Shown one piece after another: positions 38,728 to 49,702 of a stretch of DNA of 64,000 bases. Position numbers and translations under genes: made by a program. Within the stretch, counting starts at the first letter, position 1. Every line of letters begins with the position of its first letter. The DNA is from Armatimonadota bacterium (GTDB lineage Bacteria; Armatimonadota; SYMT01). The notes under the pieces were generated by a model. It had not been told where the DNA came from, did not search any database, and saw only the letters and a program-made list of their open reading frames with translations. The DNA lies in assembly GCA_041690135.1 (NCBI GenBank), contig JAWLHY010000003.1, positions 608,001 through 672,000 on the forward strand, read 5' to 3'.

Positions 38728-40152
38728 TTACCTTCGCCGCTGCGGTACCTTCCAGTTCGGGTTGGGCACGTGAGCTTCGTCCATCAGCCGTGCCATCCGC
38801 TTCGCAACGTCCGGGTACTCCGCGGAGAGGTCCTTCAGCTCCTTGGCGTCCGCGGTGACGTCGTAGATCTCGACGGGGCCGCTCAGCATCGGCTGGCGCA
38901 CGGCCTTCCACTTGCCCACGCGCACCGCCTGCCGGCTTCCCTGCTCGTAGAACTCCCAGTACAGGTAGGGGTGCTGCTTCTGCCGCTCCTTCTGTCCCAG
39001 GAGGGTGGGAAGGTAGCTGACCGAGTCGAGCTTCTCCGGCACCGGGGTCCCGGTTACCTCGCCGACCGTGGCCATCAGGTCCCCATGGTAGCTGATGTGA
39101 TCGGACTCGGTCCCCGGCTTCACTTTGCCGGGCCAGCGGACGATCATCGGCACCCGGATGCCGCCGTCGTACAGGTCGCGCTTCGTACCCCGGACGGTCC
39201 CGCTGGAGCTGAAGAAGTTGGGGTCGTTGCCGGACTCCTTGTGCGGCCCGTTATCCGAAGTGAAGATCACGAGGGTGTTATCCCGCAGACCCTGCTTGTC
39301 GAGTTCCGTGAGCACCTTGCCTACCTGCGTGTCGAGGTAGGTGATCATCGCCGCATGCCCCTTGTTCTGCTCGGTCCAGGGCCGATCTTTGTAGATCCCC
39401 AGGTCCGGGACTTCGGCGCCGTTCTTGATCGCCCGGTTCGCCTCGTTGTTGGCGTGGGGCAGGGTCCAGGAAAGGTAGAGGAAGAAGGGCCGGTTCTTAT
39501 TCTCCTGGATGAAGCGCAGGGAGTGGTCCTGGATCGGATCCGCGGAGTACACCCGTTTCACGCTCGCCGTGCCGCTGCCGTTGGGGCGGAAGTCGCCTTC
39601 GTTCGGCAGATCCACCTTCGCCTCGTTCTTGAAGAGGAACGGCGGGTAATAGTTGTGGGCGTGGCTCTGGTTGAAGTAGCCGAAGAAGAAATCGAAGCCC
39701 TGGCGGTTCGGCAGGCCCATCTCCGCGCCGGGGGTGTTATCGCCCAGGCCCCACTTGCCGGTAAGGCCGGTGGTATAGCCGGCCTTCTTCAGCACCTCGG
39801 CCACGGTGACGTCCTCGTCCCGCAGCGCCTGCGCGGCCCCCGCGCCGTTGCCGCGGACCCACGTGTGGCCCATGTGCTGCCCGGTCATCAGCACGCTCCG
39901 CGAAGGGGCGCACACGGTGTTGCCTGCATAGTACTGGGTGAAGCGCATCCCCTCTTTCGCCAGGCGGTCGATGTTCGGGGTCTGGATCTGCTTCTGCCCG
40001 TAGCAGCCGAGTTCCCCGTAGCCGAGGTCGTCCGCCATAATGAAGACGATGTTCGGCTTGGAAGCCGGCGCGGCCCCTCCCGGCCGCACCGCCGCGACAC
40101 AGTTAAGGGAAAGCACGGAAAGCAAAGGGACGAGTGGTTTGAGGTTTTTCAT
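38728..40152 (-). CDS. Arylsulfatase
   Basis: PNIVFIMADDLGYG, CAPSRSVLMTG, GKWGLG, SDNGP, YLYWEF. Confidence 0.93.
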   Translation of the reverse strand: MKNLKPLVPLLSVLSLNCVAAVRPGGAAPASKPNIVFIMADDLGYGELGCYGQKQIQTPNIDRLAKEGMRFTQYYAGNTVCAPSRSVLMTGQHMGHTWVRGNGAGAAQALRDEDVTVAEVLKKAGYTTGLTGKWGLGDNTPGAEMGLPNRQGFDFFFGYFNQSHAHNYYPPFLFKNEAKVDLPNEGDFRPNGSGTASVKRVYSADPIQDHSLRFIQENKNRPFFLYLSWTLPHANNEANRAIKNGAEVPDLGIYKDRPWTEQNKGHAAMITYLDTQVGKVLTELDKQGLRDNTLVIFTSDNGPHKESGNDPNFFSSSGTVRGTKRDLYDGGIRVPMIVRWPGKVKPGTESDHISYHGDLMATVGEVTGTPVPEKLDSVSYLPTLLGQKERQKQHPYLYWEFYEQGSRQAVRVGKWKAVRQPMLSGPVEIYDVTADAKELKDLSAEYPDVAKRMARLMDEAHVPNPNWKVPQRRR

Positions 40153-40497
40153 GACAAGGGATCTCCGGGACAGCGGAAGTGGTGCGGAGCAAAAAACTCT
40201 CGCTTTAATGTACAGCGCAGCGAAAAAGAAGGTTCATGCGTGCGGTTTAGGGCAGAGCCGTTCCTGCAAGCCTCTAAAGGCGGCACCCGTAGGGAACGTT
40301 TCGCCGCAGCGTTCCGACGGATTGGACGCGATCTCGTCGTGCAAAATGGGCTCATTGGCGGTGAGGATCGGTTCCGCTTGGCCGAACTGGATCGATCTCG
40401 GAAAATGCGGAATGGAACGGCGTCACATTCCCTACCGACCGGCTCCTCCAGACGGCTCGGGACCCGAACCGCAGCCCTGCCATTCTCGTCGCGCCAC

Positions 40498-40569
40498 CGG
40501 ACCGAGATACCGATGGACCTCGATCGCGGCGGCAATGACCTGTTTTGATAGATCCTCGTTGATCAGCAT
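40498..40569 (-). pseudogene. Truncated GxxExxY protein (5' remnant)
   Basis: Hand translation MLINEDLSKQVIAAAIEVHRYLGP matches the GxxExxY N-terminus. Similarity then stops, and the frame ends at TAG 40432-40434. Confidence 0.7.
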
Positions 40570-40646
40570 GGCCTTCTTTCTTCCTTCCCTCTTCTTCCTC
40601 TCCGTGCGCTCCGTGTGCTCCGTGGTGACTTCCTATTTCCGACCAA

Positions 40647-42164
40647 CTACCTGATCATGCCGCCGGCGCCATAGTAGGGATAGCCGTCCCACGGCGCGCG
40701 GCCCTGCTGGCGGGGATCTCCGGTCTTGCGGAGGATCTCCTCCAGGCGCGCGGTCATCTTCTTGCGAGAGCGCGTGAACGCAGGGTCGGCAGCCACGTTA
40801 CGGAGTTGGTCCGGGTCGCTCTTCAGGTCGTACAGCTCCTCGGCGGGACGTCGCCCCACCGCCAGCTCGTAGAACCGCTGGACCGTCGGGTCGTCCCGGT
40901 GCTCCAGCAGGTACTCCTTCGTCGCGCCCCGGTCGATGTCCCCGAAGACCCCCTGCGGCTTCGCGTCGAGGTCGGGATCTCCTGCCGGCCAGCGGTCCGG
41001 TTCATAGTTCCGGATATAGAGAAAGTCATCCGTCCGGAGCCCGCGCATCGGATAGCCCTGCCGGTCGCGGCGGCAAAGGGTATGGCGCTCGAAGGCGATC
41101 ACGGCGGAGTCGCGGGACCGGTCCACGCGACCCGCGCGTTTGGAGGTGAGCACCGGCCAGAGGCTGCGCGCCGTCATCTCCTTCGGCGCTAGGACCCCCG
41201 CGGCTTCCAGCAGGGTGGGGGCCAGGTCCGGCAACGAAGCGAAGTCCGTCAGCACCCTTCCGCCCGCAATCTTTCCGGGGTAGCGGACCACGAGCGGGAC
41301 CCGGGTGCCCGCATCGTAGAGGTTGCACTTCGCGCGCGGCAGCGGGTTGCCGTGATCCGAGGTGAACACCACGAGGGTGCGGTCCAACTCCCCGCTCCGC
41401 TCCAGCGCGGCGAGCGCTCGTCCCAGGTGCTCGTCCGCGTGCTCGATCTCGGTGCTGTAGTCGAGCACCTCTTCCCGGATTTCGGGGCGGTCCGGCCAGC
41501 AGGCGAAGAGGCGGGCCTGCTCCAGCGCCTTGCCGCGTTTCAGCCCCAGGCCCTTTGCATAGCTCTGGTGCGGCTCCGAGGTCCCCAGCCAGAAGCAGAA
41601 CGGCCGGTCCTTTGTCCGTTCCGCCAGGAACTCCTCGAAGTTACCGGCGTAATCGACCGGCGACATACCGGGCGGGTTCATCTGCCGCTTCTGCGCGTAC
41701 GTCTTGCCGAAGGGGTGGACCGGAAACTCCGCCGCGGGCAGGAAACCGGGGCTCCACGTCTTGCCCGTGCTGCCCATGGTGTAGCCCGCCTCCTGGAGCC
41801 GGATCGTCCACATGGGGAACTTCGGCAGCAGCCGGCCCATCAGCAGACCGCTCTCCTCCAGCCGGTAGATCGGCTGCCCCGTGAGGATGGCGCTCCGGGA
41901 GGGCGTGCAGGAAGGGCAGGCGGTGAACGCGTTGTCGAAGCGCACCCCCTCTCGCGTCAGGCGATCCACGTTGGGAGTGCGGATGTGACGGTCCCCGTAC
42001 GCGCCCAGGTGCGCCGCCGACTGGTCGTCCGTGATCACGAAGAGGATGTTCGGCCGGTTCCGGGCGGCCCCCGGCTCCGCGGCCCGGAGTTGGGGCATCG
42101 ATACCCCATGCACACCGACCGCCACGCCAGCCACGCCAAAAAGGGACAAGAAGGGGAATTTCAT
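40647..42164 (-). CDS. Sulfatase (sulfamidase-like)
   Basis: PNILFVITDD, CTPSRSAILTG, SDHG, RRPAEELYDLKSDP. Confidence 0.92.
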   Translation of the reverse strand: MKFPFLSLFGVAGVAVGVHGVSMPQLRAAEPGAARNRPNILFVITDDQSAAHLGAYGDRHIRTPNVDRLTREGVRFDNAFTACPSCTPSRSAILTGQPIYRLEESGLLMGRLLPKFPMWTIRLQEAGYTMGSTGKTWSPGFLPAAEFPVHPFGKTYAQKRQMNPPGMSPVDYAGNFEEFLAERTKDRPFCFWLGTSEPHQSYAKGLGLKRGKALEQARLFACWPDRPEIREEVLDYSTEIEHADEHLGRALAALERSGELDRTLVVFTSDHGNPLPRAKCNLYDAGTRVPLVVRYPGKIAGGRVLTDFASLPDLAPTLLEAAGVLAPKEMTARSLWPVLTSKRAGRVDRSRDSAVIAFERHTLCRRDRQGYPMRGLRTDDFLYIRNYEPDRWPAGDPDLDAKPQGVFGDIDRGATKEYLLEHRDDPTVQRFYELAVGRRPAEELYDLKSDPDQLRNVAADPAFTRSRKKMTARLEEILRKTGDPRQQGRAPWDGYPYYGAGGMIR

Positions 42165-42374
42165 CGCAACTCAAGACCTTCACCGATCCAGCGCACCATC
42201 GCGAGTCGGCCGCCATTCATTTCGCGATCCACCGTCCGATCCCCTTGCCAGCCCAACGTTTACCACCCGAGGGGTGGCCCAATGCCCAATGCCCAACGCC
42301 CGCGAAGCCCGTCCGTCCGGTTAGTCGGCGGGAAGGGGAGGGTAAAGCAGAGCGCGGAAGGGAGCGTCGGGAAT

Positions 42375-43670
42375 ATGGGAACCGAGACACTGAGCCGGAG
42401 AGAACTGCTGGTTGGGGTGAGCGTGGGGGCGGCGGTGCTGGGCGGCGCCGCGGGGTGTAACCGGGGAGAAGAGCGGACGGAGGCCAGTTCCCGAAGGCCC
42501 CCCAGTGAGGAAGATCGAGAGTGGTCTTCCGTGCGCCGGCAGTTCCGGCTCGATCGGGATTACATCCACCTGGCGGGGCTGCTCCTCGCCTCGCACCCGG
42601 ACCCGGTGCGGGAGGCGATCGAGCGCCATCGCCGGGAGTTGGATGAGAACCCGGCGCTCTACCTCACCGGCAACAGCCGGGAACTGGAGTCGGAAGTCCG
42701 CGAGGCCGCCGCCGAGTATATGGGGACCCGTGCCCAGGACCTCGCCCTCACGGACAGCACCACCATGGGGACGGCGCTGGTTTACAACGGCGTGGAGATC
42801 ACCGAGGGGCAGGAGTTCCTCACCGCGCGGTTCGACTACTACTCCACGCACCAGGCGATCCGATACAAAGCCCGGAGGACCGGCGCCACCGTGCGGGAAA
42901 TCCCGCTCTACCAGGATGTTCGCACCGTCACCGCCGAGGAGATTGTGGAGAACCTGATGCGAGAGGTCCGGCCGGAAACCCGCGTCATCACCGCCACCTG
43001 GGTGCATTCCTCGACCGGCCTCAAGATGCCGATCCGGCAGATCGCCGACCGGTTACCCGAGATCAACGCCGGACGCGGATCGGCCTCACGCGTCCTGCTC
43101 GCGGTCGACGGCGTCCACGGCCTGGGGGTGGAGGCGACCCCCATCCCGGAGCTGCGGTGCGACTTCTTCATGGCCGGAACCCATAAGTGGTTGTTTGGGC
43201 CGCGGGGCACCGGCATCCTGTGGGGCAACCCGGAAACCCAGGCGCACGTAACTCCGACCATCCCCACCTTCAGCCGGCTGGAAGGCTGGGGGTCCTGGAT
43301 GACGCCCGGCGGGTTCAAACCGTACGAGCATCAGTGGGCGCTGGTGGAGGCGTTCCGCTACCATCAGCGGCTGGGGAAGGAACGGGTGCAGGAGCGGATC
43401 CATGCGCTGGCCCGGCACCTGAAGGAGGGCCTCGCCGGGATGCAGCACGTCACGCTCTACACCCCCATGGACGACGCGCTTTCCGCCGGGATCGTCTGCT
43501 TCATGGTGGATGGCCTGAGCCCGGAGCAGGTGGTCTCCCGCCTCCAGGACCGGGGGATTGTGGCTAGCACCACCCCTTACTCGCCTTCCTATGCTCGCCT
43601 GACTCCCGGCGTGTACAACACCACCGCCGAACTGGACCGCGCCCTCAGCGCAATCCGGGATCTGGCTTAG
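42375..43670 (+). CDS. Tat-exported class V PLP aminotransferase-like protein (PvdN/isopenicillin epimerase-like)
   Basis: SRRELL signal with AAGC lipobox, VDGVHG, GTHKWLFGPRGTG. The ORF-track 5' extension to 41352 is rejected. Confidence 0.88.
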   Translation: MGTETLSRRELLVGVSVGAAVLGGAAGCNRGEERTEASSRRPPSEEDREWSSVRRQFRLDRDYIHLAGLLLASHPDPVREAIERHRRELDENPALYLTGNSRELESEVREAAAEYMGTRAQDLALTDSTTMGTALVYNGVEITEGQEFLTARFDYYSTHQAIRYKARRTGATVREIPLYQDVRTVTAEEIVENLMREVRPETRVITATWVHSSTGLKMPIRQIADRLPEINAGRGSASRVLLAVDGVHGLGVEATPIPELRCDFFMAGTHKWLFGPRGTGILWGNPETQAHVTPTIPTFSRLEGWGSWMTPGGFKPYEHQWALVEAFRYHQRLGKERVQERIHALARHLKEGLAGMQHVTLYTPMDDALSAGIVCFMVDGLSPEQVVSRLQDRGIVASTTPYSPSYARLTPGVYNTTAELDRALSAIRDLA

Positions 43671-44262
43671 CAACCCGCCGGAGGCGCTCCACGGCCCGGT
43701 GCCGCCATCGCTCGCGGAAGTGCTCCCCGATCACGACGAAACCGGCAGCGCTCCACCAGTTGGGTGGGTCTCCCAACTGCCAGCAGTCCTCGATCCGGAC
43801 CCGGACCTCGCCGGTCCGGGCATCCTCCAGCAGCGTGAACCACTGGACGCCGCTCTCGATGTGCCCGCGCAGCGTTTCGTAGCGATAGCCGAAGATGCGC
43901 CCGTGCGCGTGCGGCTCCTCGGTCACCTTCCGGACCCGCACGCCGTTGAGGAAGTGGAAACCGTAAGCCCGGAACTCGAGGAGCATGTTGCGACCCAGGA
44001 GCGGCGCCTCGGGATCGAAGTAGGACACCGCAATGGAGGGATCGGAGAACTCGTACCCGCAGAGCGCCTGTTTCGCCCGCTCGAACAGCTCGCCGCCCCG
44101 GTCATGACCGAGCGAAGCTTCGAGCTGATCCTGCTTCCAGCCGGCTTCCTCGCTCATCTCATCCAGGGGAACCTGGAAGTTGACCTCGCACTGCTCCAGT
44201 TCACCCAGGTACTGCCGGATCTCCCGCTTCGACCACCCCCGCCCGTAACGCCAGTGCGCCAT
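43645..44262 (-). CDS. DUF1990-like protein
   Basis: LFERAKQAL..YEFSDP, FGYRYETLRGHIESG. Confidence 0.7.
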   Translation of the reverse strand: MAHWRYGRGWSKREIRQYLGELEQCEVNFQVPLDEMSEEAGWKQDQLEASLGHDRGGELFERAKQALCGYEFSDPSIAVSYFDPEAPLLGRNMLLEFRAYGFHFLNGVRVRKVTEEPHAHGRIFGYRYETLRGHIESGVQWFTLLEDARTGEVRVRIEDCWQLGDPPNWWSAAGFVVIGEHFRERWRHRAVERLRRVAKPDPGLR

Positions 44263-44277
44263 TCTCCCCTCCCGTGC

Positions 44278-44320
44278 CTTCTTCCCCCGGCTCTTCTTCC
44301 CCCGGCTCTTCTTCCCCCGG
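44278..44320. repeat. 15-bp tandem repeat, ~3 copies
   Basis: CTTCTTCCCCCGGCT x2 plus CTTCTTCCCCCGG, between divergent genes. Confidence 0.85.
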
Positions 44321-44424
44321 AAGCCACGCAATCAAAGTTCGGCGGCTCCGAGGTTGAGCCCCGCACCCGGCGGGTAGGTACCCAACGCGGGACTCCAGGC
44401 ACCGGTTCCAGAGAGGAGCAAACG

Positions 44425-44976
44425 ATGGCCGGCACCGACACATACACGCATGCGCGAGCGCTGCCGCTGCCGGAAGAAGGCGCCGCGGACGGCCAGGCGC
44501 AAAACCACCGCATCCGTCGGCTCACCATCGCCGGCCTCTGCACGCTCGGGGTGGCGGACTCCCTCTACATGCTGGCCTTCACGGAGGGTCTCATCGACTC
44601 CATGGCCTGTCCCTTCTTCGGGGAAGGCTGCGAGATCGTCGGGCGTTCCGAGCACGCGAAGCACTTCGGCGTGCCCAACTCGGCGGTCGGCGCCGTGGGC
44701 TACGCGGCCATGGCGGCTCTCGCCCTCTGGGGCGCGCGCAAGCAACCCGACGAGAAACCATGGCAGCCCCTCGCCCTCGCCGGCTTGGCCACCGCCTCGC
44801 TGGGGGTGAGCGCCTACCTGACCTACGAACAGGCCGCCAAAGTCCGCGCCTGGTGTTTCTGGTGCCTCAGCTCCGCGGCCATCAACGTAGCCGTTTGGGG
44901 GCTCTCACTTCCGGAAGCTAGCGAAGGCTGGGAAGAAAGACACGGCGTTTCGCATCCGCCCTCCCGTGGTAGGTGA
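44425..44976 (+). CDS. Vitamin K epoxide reductase (VKOR) family membrane protein
   Basis: GAGGAG RBS, CPFFGEGC loop cysteines, FGVPNS, WCFWC active site, about four TM helices. Confidence 0.88.
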   Translation: MAGTDTYTHARALPLPEEGAADGQAQNHRIRRLTIAGLCTLGVADSLYMLAFTEGLIDSMACPFFGEGCEIVGRSEHAKHFGVPNSAVGAVGYAAMAALALWGARKQPDEKPWQPLALAGLATASLGVSAYLTYEQAAKVRAWCFWCLSSAAINVAVWGLSLPEASEGWEERHGVSHPPSRGR

Positions 44977-45078
44977 TAGCCAGGCACGGAATCGGCACGC
45001 TGGGTCCCGATCCGCTGCCCGCTCCCATCGCAGGACTCTTTCCAACCGGGGGAAGGGTTTGCGTGGGACAGGAAGATC

Positions 45079-48000
45079 ATGGCGGAAAGATCCTCACGCA
45101 GCTTGCTCCGAAGTCTTCTCGAACGCTGGCCGGCCTACCAGGACCTGCAGGAGTGGCGCCAGGGCAAGCCCTTCACGGAAGTGGGCCTGGGCCCCACGGC
45201 CGTCTCACCGCAAACTCGCGGCATGGAGCCGCGCACCCGCAGCGCGGACAAGGCGGTGCCGAGCGTCTGTCCCTTCTGCGCCGTGGGCTGCTCGCAGCTC
45301 ATTTACGTGCGCGACGGCAAGATCATCGATATCGAGGGGAACCCGGCCTCCCCGATCAATGCGGGCACGCTTTGCCCCAAGGGAGCGGCAACGTTCGGCC
45401 TTTACGTCAATCCCTCGCGCGTGACGACCGTGAAGTATCGCGCGCCCTACTCGGACCGCTGGGAGGAGAAGCCGCTCGACTGGGCCATGGACCGCATCGC
45501 GCAGCTCGTCAAGGAGACGCGCGACCGCGCCTACCAGGAGAAGGACCCGGAAACCGGGAAGACGCTGAACCGCTGCCCCAATATCGCCAGCCTGGGCGGG
45601 GCCACCCTGGACAACGAAGAGAACTACCTCATGAAAAAGCTCTTCGGAGGCGGCCTGGGGATGGTCTGGATCGAGAACCAGGCCCGCGTTTGACACAGCA
45701 GCACGGTGCCCGGTCTGGGCACCTCTTTCGGACGGGGCGGCGCGACGACGGCGCAGTGGGACCTGCAGAACGCCCAGTGCATCGTGATCGAAGGCTCCAG
45801 TATGGCGGAGAACCATCCGGTCGCCTACCGCTTCGTGATGAAAGCGAAGGAGCGGGGAGCCACGATCATCCACGTCGATCCCCGGTTCTCGCGCACCTCG
45901 TCCCTGGCGGATCTCCACGTCCCCATCCGGCCGGGCTCGGACATTGCCTGGCTGGGCGGACTGATCAACTACGTGCTCCAGAACGATCTCTACTTCCGGG
46001 AGTACGTCATCCCTTACACCAACGCCGCCAGCATCGTGAGCGAAGACTTCGAGGATACGGAGGATCTGGACGGCCTCTTCTCCGGCTATGACCCGGAGGA
46101 GCGCCGGCACCAGGTGGACACCTGGCAGTACGAGGGACAGCCGGTCCCCGCGCCCGGGTACAACCCGGTCCAGCTCTCCACGCAGGAGCACATCCCACAG
46201 ACCGAGTCGCTCACCGAGAAGCCGATCCCGCGCGACGAAACCCTGCAGCACCCGCGCTGTGTGCTCCAGATCCTGAAGCGGCACTTCGCCCGCTACACTC
46301 CGGAGATGGTGGCGAAGACGTGCGGCATCCCGGAAGAGCTGTTCCACCAGGTCGCGCGGGTGCTGGTCGAGAACTCCGGACGCGAGCGGACGACGGCCTG
46401 GTGCTACGCGGTAGGCTGGACCCAGCACACCAAGGGCGTGCAGATCATCCGCGCCGCCGCGATCCTGCAGCTTCTCCTGGGCAATATCGGCCGGCCGGGT
46501 GGCGGAATCCTGGCCCTGCGCGGCCATGCGACGATCCAGGGCAGCACCGACATTCCCACCCTTTACGATATGCTGCCGACCTACCTCGGCCAGCCGAGCG
46601 CGCAGAAGAAGCACGAACACCTGGAGGAGTACATCCAGACGGAGCAGTCGCCCACGGGGTGGTGGGTCAATTATCCCAAGTACATCGTCAGCCTGCTGAA
46701 GGCCTGGTACGGCGATGCCGCGCGGGAAGAGAACGAGTACTGCTTCGACCACCTTCCGCGGATCACGGGAGACCACTCCCAGCTCCCGATGACCATGGCC
46801 ATCCACGACGGCGAGATCCAGGGGCTGTTCCTGATGGGCCAGAACCCGGCCGTGGGCGGTCAGCACGCGGGGTTCATCCGGAAGGCGCTCGCCAGCCTCG
46901 ACTGGATGGTGGTCCGCGACGGCTTCGAGCATGAAACCGCCGCGTTCTGGTACGCCTCGCCGGAAGTGCGGCGCGGCGAGATGGATCCGAAACAGATCAA
47001 GACAGAGGTCTTCCTGCTGCCCGCCGCGCTCGCGGGGGAGAAGGACGGAAGCTTCACCAACACGCACCGCCTGGTCCAGTGGCACGACAAGGCGGTCGAG
47101 GCGCCGGGGGATGCGCGCGGCGAGCCGTGGTTCATGTATCACCTGGGCATGCGGCTGCGGAAGCTCTACGCCCAGGACCCCGAGCCCGAGTCGATCCGGG
47201 TGCGGCAACTGCTGGACCTCACCTGGAGCTACCCCCTGGAAGGGGAGCGCCAGGAGCCGGTCGTCGAAAGCGTGCTGCAAGAGATCAACGGCTATCACGT
47301 CACCGACCGCAAGCCGGTGCAGAGCTTTGAGGATCTGCAGGACGACGGGTCGACGGCCTGTGGGGGGTGGCTCTACTGCGGGGTAATGCCGGAGCCGGGC
47401 GTCAACCTGGCCCGTAACCGGCTGCCGGACCCCGTGGAAGGGCCCGGCACGCACCGGAACTGGGGCTATGCCTGGCCTTCGAACCGGCGCATTCTGTACA
47501 ACCGCGCCTCCGCGGACCCGGACGGAAAGCCGTGGTCCGAGCAGAAACGATTGGTCTGGTGGGATCCGGAACAGGGGGTTTGGACCGGCAATGACAACCC
47601 GGACTTCCCCCGGGAAAAAGCGCCGGACTACCGTCCCGACTGGAGCCGGAACCCTCGGGGGATGGATGCGCACCCCGGCACCGCCCCCTTCATCATGATT
47701 GCGGACGGCCTGGGCTGGCTCTACGCCCCCTCCGGGCTTCAGGACGGCCCACTGCCGGCGCATTACGAGGCAGTCGAGTCGCCGGTCCGCAATCCCCTCT
47801 ACGGCCAGCAGATCAGCCCCACTTGCCAGGTCTACCATCGGCCGGAGAACCCGATCCACGCGGTGGACGACCCGGCGTACCCCTACGTGGTGACCAGCTA
47901 CCGCCTCACGGAGCACCACACCGGCGGCACGATGAGCCGCTGGATACCGTGGCTGGCGGAGATGCAACCGGAAGCCTTCGTGGAGATCAGCGAAGAGCTG

Positions 48001-48333
48001 GCCGCCGAGAAGGGCATCGAGAACGGGGATTGGGTCACCGTCTACACCGCGCGCGCCGAGACGGAGATGCGGGCGCTGGTTACGCCCCGCATCCAGCCGC
48101 TCCACCTCGACGGGCGCACCGTCCACGTGGTCGCGATGCCGTGGCACTACGGCTACATTGGGTTGGCGCAGGGAGACGTGGCCAACGACCTCTGCTCCCT
48201 GGTGACCTCCCCGAACATCAGCATCCACGAAGCGAAAGCTTTTACCTGCAACCTGCGGCCGGGCCGCCGTGCGAATGCCGAGAACACCCCGGTGGGGCAC
48301 GCCGGGAATGGAGAACGGAACCAGCGATCATGA
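45079..48333 (+). CDS. fdnG: Formate dehydrogenase alpha subunit, selenocysteine-containing (TGA 45691-45693)
   Basis: CPFCAVGC..CPKG Fe-S motif. NQARV-U-HSSTVPGL spans the in-frame TGA joining ORFs 45079..45693 and 45706..48333. Also ALRGH and TSYRLTEHH. Confidence 0.95.
45705..45723 (+). promoter_or_regulatory. SECIS element of formate dehydrogenase
   Basis: GGTGCCC-GGTCT-GGGCACC hairpin starting 12 nt after the TGA. The apical GGUCU resembles the E. coli fdhF SECIS. Confidence 0.88.
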
Positions 48334-49268
48334 GTGAAACCGAGGGGGCCGGGGAAGTCCGGCACGGACCGTTTCCGAGTGGGCAAACTCCTTCCCGTGA
48401 ATGGCCGTTCTACTACGATTATGCCACCGAATGCCCGCCTCCCCCGGGCATCGAGGCGGAGAAGACCTCCGGCTACCCCGTGCGGCCGGGGGAGGACTAC
48501 GGCTTCTTTACCGACACGACGCTCTGCATCGGCTGCAAAGCCTGCGAGGTGGCGTGCAAGGAGTGGAACCAGCTTCCCGCCGACCACATCGAGTGGCGGG
48601 CCACCAGCTACGACCAGACGCGCAGCCTGGGCCACAGCACGTGGCGCCATGTGAAGTTCATCGAGCAGCGTCAGGCGGAGGGCGAGCGGCCCCGCTGGCT
48701 TTTCCAGAGTGACATCTGCAAGCACTGCGCGCACGCCGGCTGCCTGGAGGCCTGCCCCACGGGCGCCATCGTCCGCACGGAGTACGGCTCCGTGCTGATC
48801 CAGCAGGATGTCTGCAACGGCTGCCTTTACTGCATTCCAAGTTGCCCGTTCGGCGTGATCACCCTCGACCGGGAGAGCGACGCCAAGGCGCACAAGTGCA
48901 CCTTTTGCTACGACCGGCTCCAGGACGGCATGGAACCCGCCTGCGCCAAGTCGTGCCCCACCGACTCGATCCAGTTCGGCCCGATCACGCAACTGCGAGC
49001 CCGCGCCCAGGCCCGGGTGGAAGCCCTGCACGATCAGGGATTTCCCGAGGCCCAGCTCTACGGCGACCCAGGCGGGCAGGGCGCAACGAACGGGGTGGAA
49101 GCCCTCAACAGCTTCTTCCTCCTGATGGATCACCCGAACGTCTACGGCCTCCCCGAGGCCCCGAAACTACCGGCCCGCCAGGTGGCTCCCGGCTTGCTCA
49201 CCAGCCTCGCCGCCGGCGTGCTCCTCATCGGCGCCACCGCCGCCGCCCTGCTGGGAAGTAGGCGGTAG
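48330..49268 (+). CDS. fdnH: Formate dehydrogenase beta (4Fe-4S dicluster) subunit with C-terminal TM helix
   Basis: CIGCKACEVAC, CKHC..GCLEACP, CNGCLYCIPSCP, KCTFC..PACAKSCP. ATGA coupling to alpha. Confidence 0.9.
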   Translation: MSETEGAGEVRHGPFPSGQTPSREWPFYYDYATECPPPPGIEAEKTSGYPVRPGEDYGFFTDTTLCIGCKACEVACKEWNQLPADHIEWRATSYDQTRSLGHSTWRHVKFIEQRQAEGERPRWLFQSDICKHCAHAGCLEACPTGAIVRTEYGSVLIQQDVCNGCLYCIPSCPFGVITLDRESDAKAHKCTFCYDRLQDGMEPACAKSCPTDSIQFGPITQLRARAQARVEALHDQGFPEAQLYGDPGGQGATNGVEALNSFFLLMDHPNVYGLPEAPKLPARQVAPGLLTSLAAGVLLIGATAAALLGSRR

Positions 49269-49487
49269 GCAGATGGCAGTGGGCAGTAAGCAGTCGGCGA
49301 AAGGCGGAAGGCGCTGTACTTGCACCTGGAGAAGTAGGGCGGAGGCTCCCCTACGGGCAAGCTGTCCCCGCCGGGCTTTGGGCTCGCCCCCGTCCTGCCG
49401 TGTGGGCTCCGCTTACCCCGGCATATAGGAACCCGCGAGGCAAAAGGTAACTTGAGGCTCACCCCGGACTGAGCATCGGCACTGAGA

Positions 49488-49640
49488 AGCCCCGGAGGGG
49501 CACCAGGGAATAGCCAGGGGAGCGAGCCTCCGGATGTGAAGCCCGCACAGAATAGCCCCGGAGGGGCGGCAGAGCATAGCCGGGGGTGCAAACCCCCGGA
49601 CGTGATGCCGACACAGAAGAGCCCTGGAAGGGCGACAGAG
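49488..49640. repeat. REP-like array with 66-bp period
   Basis: AGCCC(C/T)GGA(G/A)GGGC at 49488, 49554 and 49620, alternating with TAGCC(A/G)GGGG..CCGGA hairpins. Confidence 0.75.
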
Positions 49641-49702
49641 CAACGCACGTTGAGGAGAACGGTACCGCTCTGGACGACAGCAGCAGGCGGAAGGAATAAC
49701 GA

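Noticed and set aside
41352-42374. 5' extension of the aminotransferase ORF to 772 aa
   Set aside because: It overlaps the antisense sulfatase, and the Tat signal marks the real start at 42375.
43699-44424. N-terminal extension of the VKOR ORF to 425 aa
   Set aside because: It overlaps the antisense DUF1990-like gene, and the RBS supports ATG 44425.
45205-48300. 1031-aa minus-strand ORF
   Set aside because: Antisense shadow of formate dehydrogenase alpha. Such ORFs are common in high-GC DNA and this one has no motifs.
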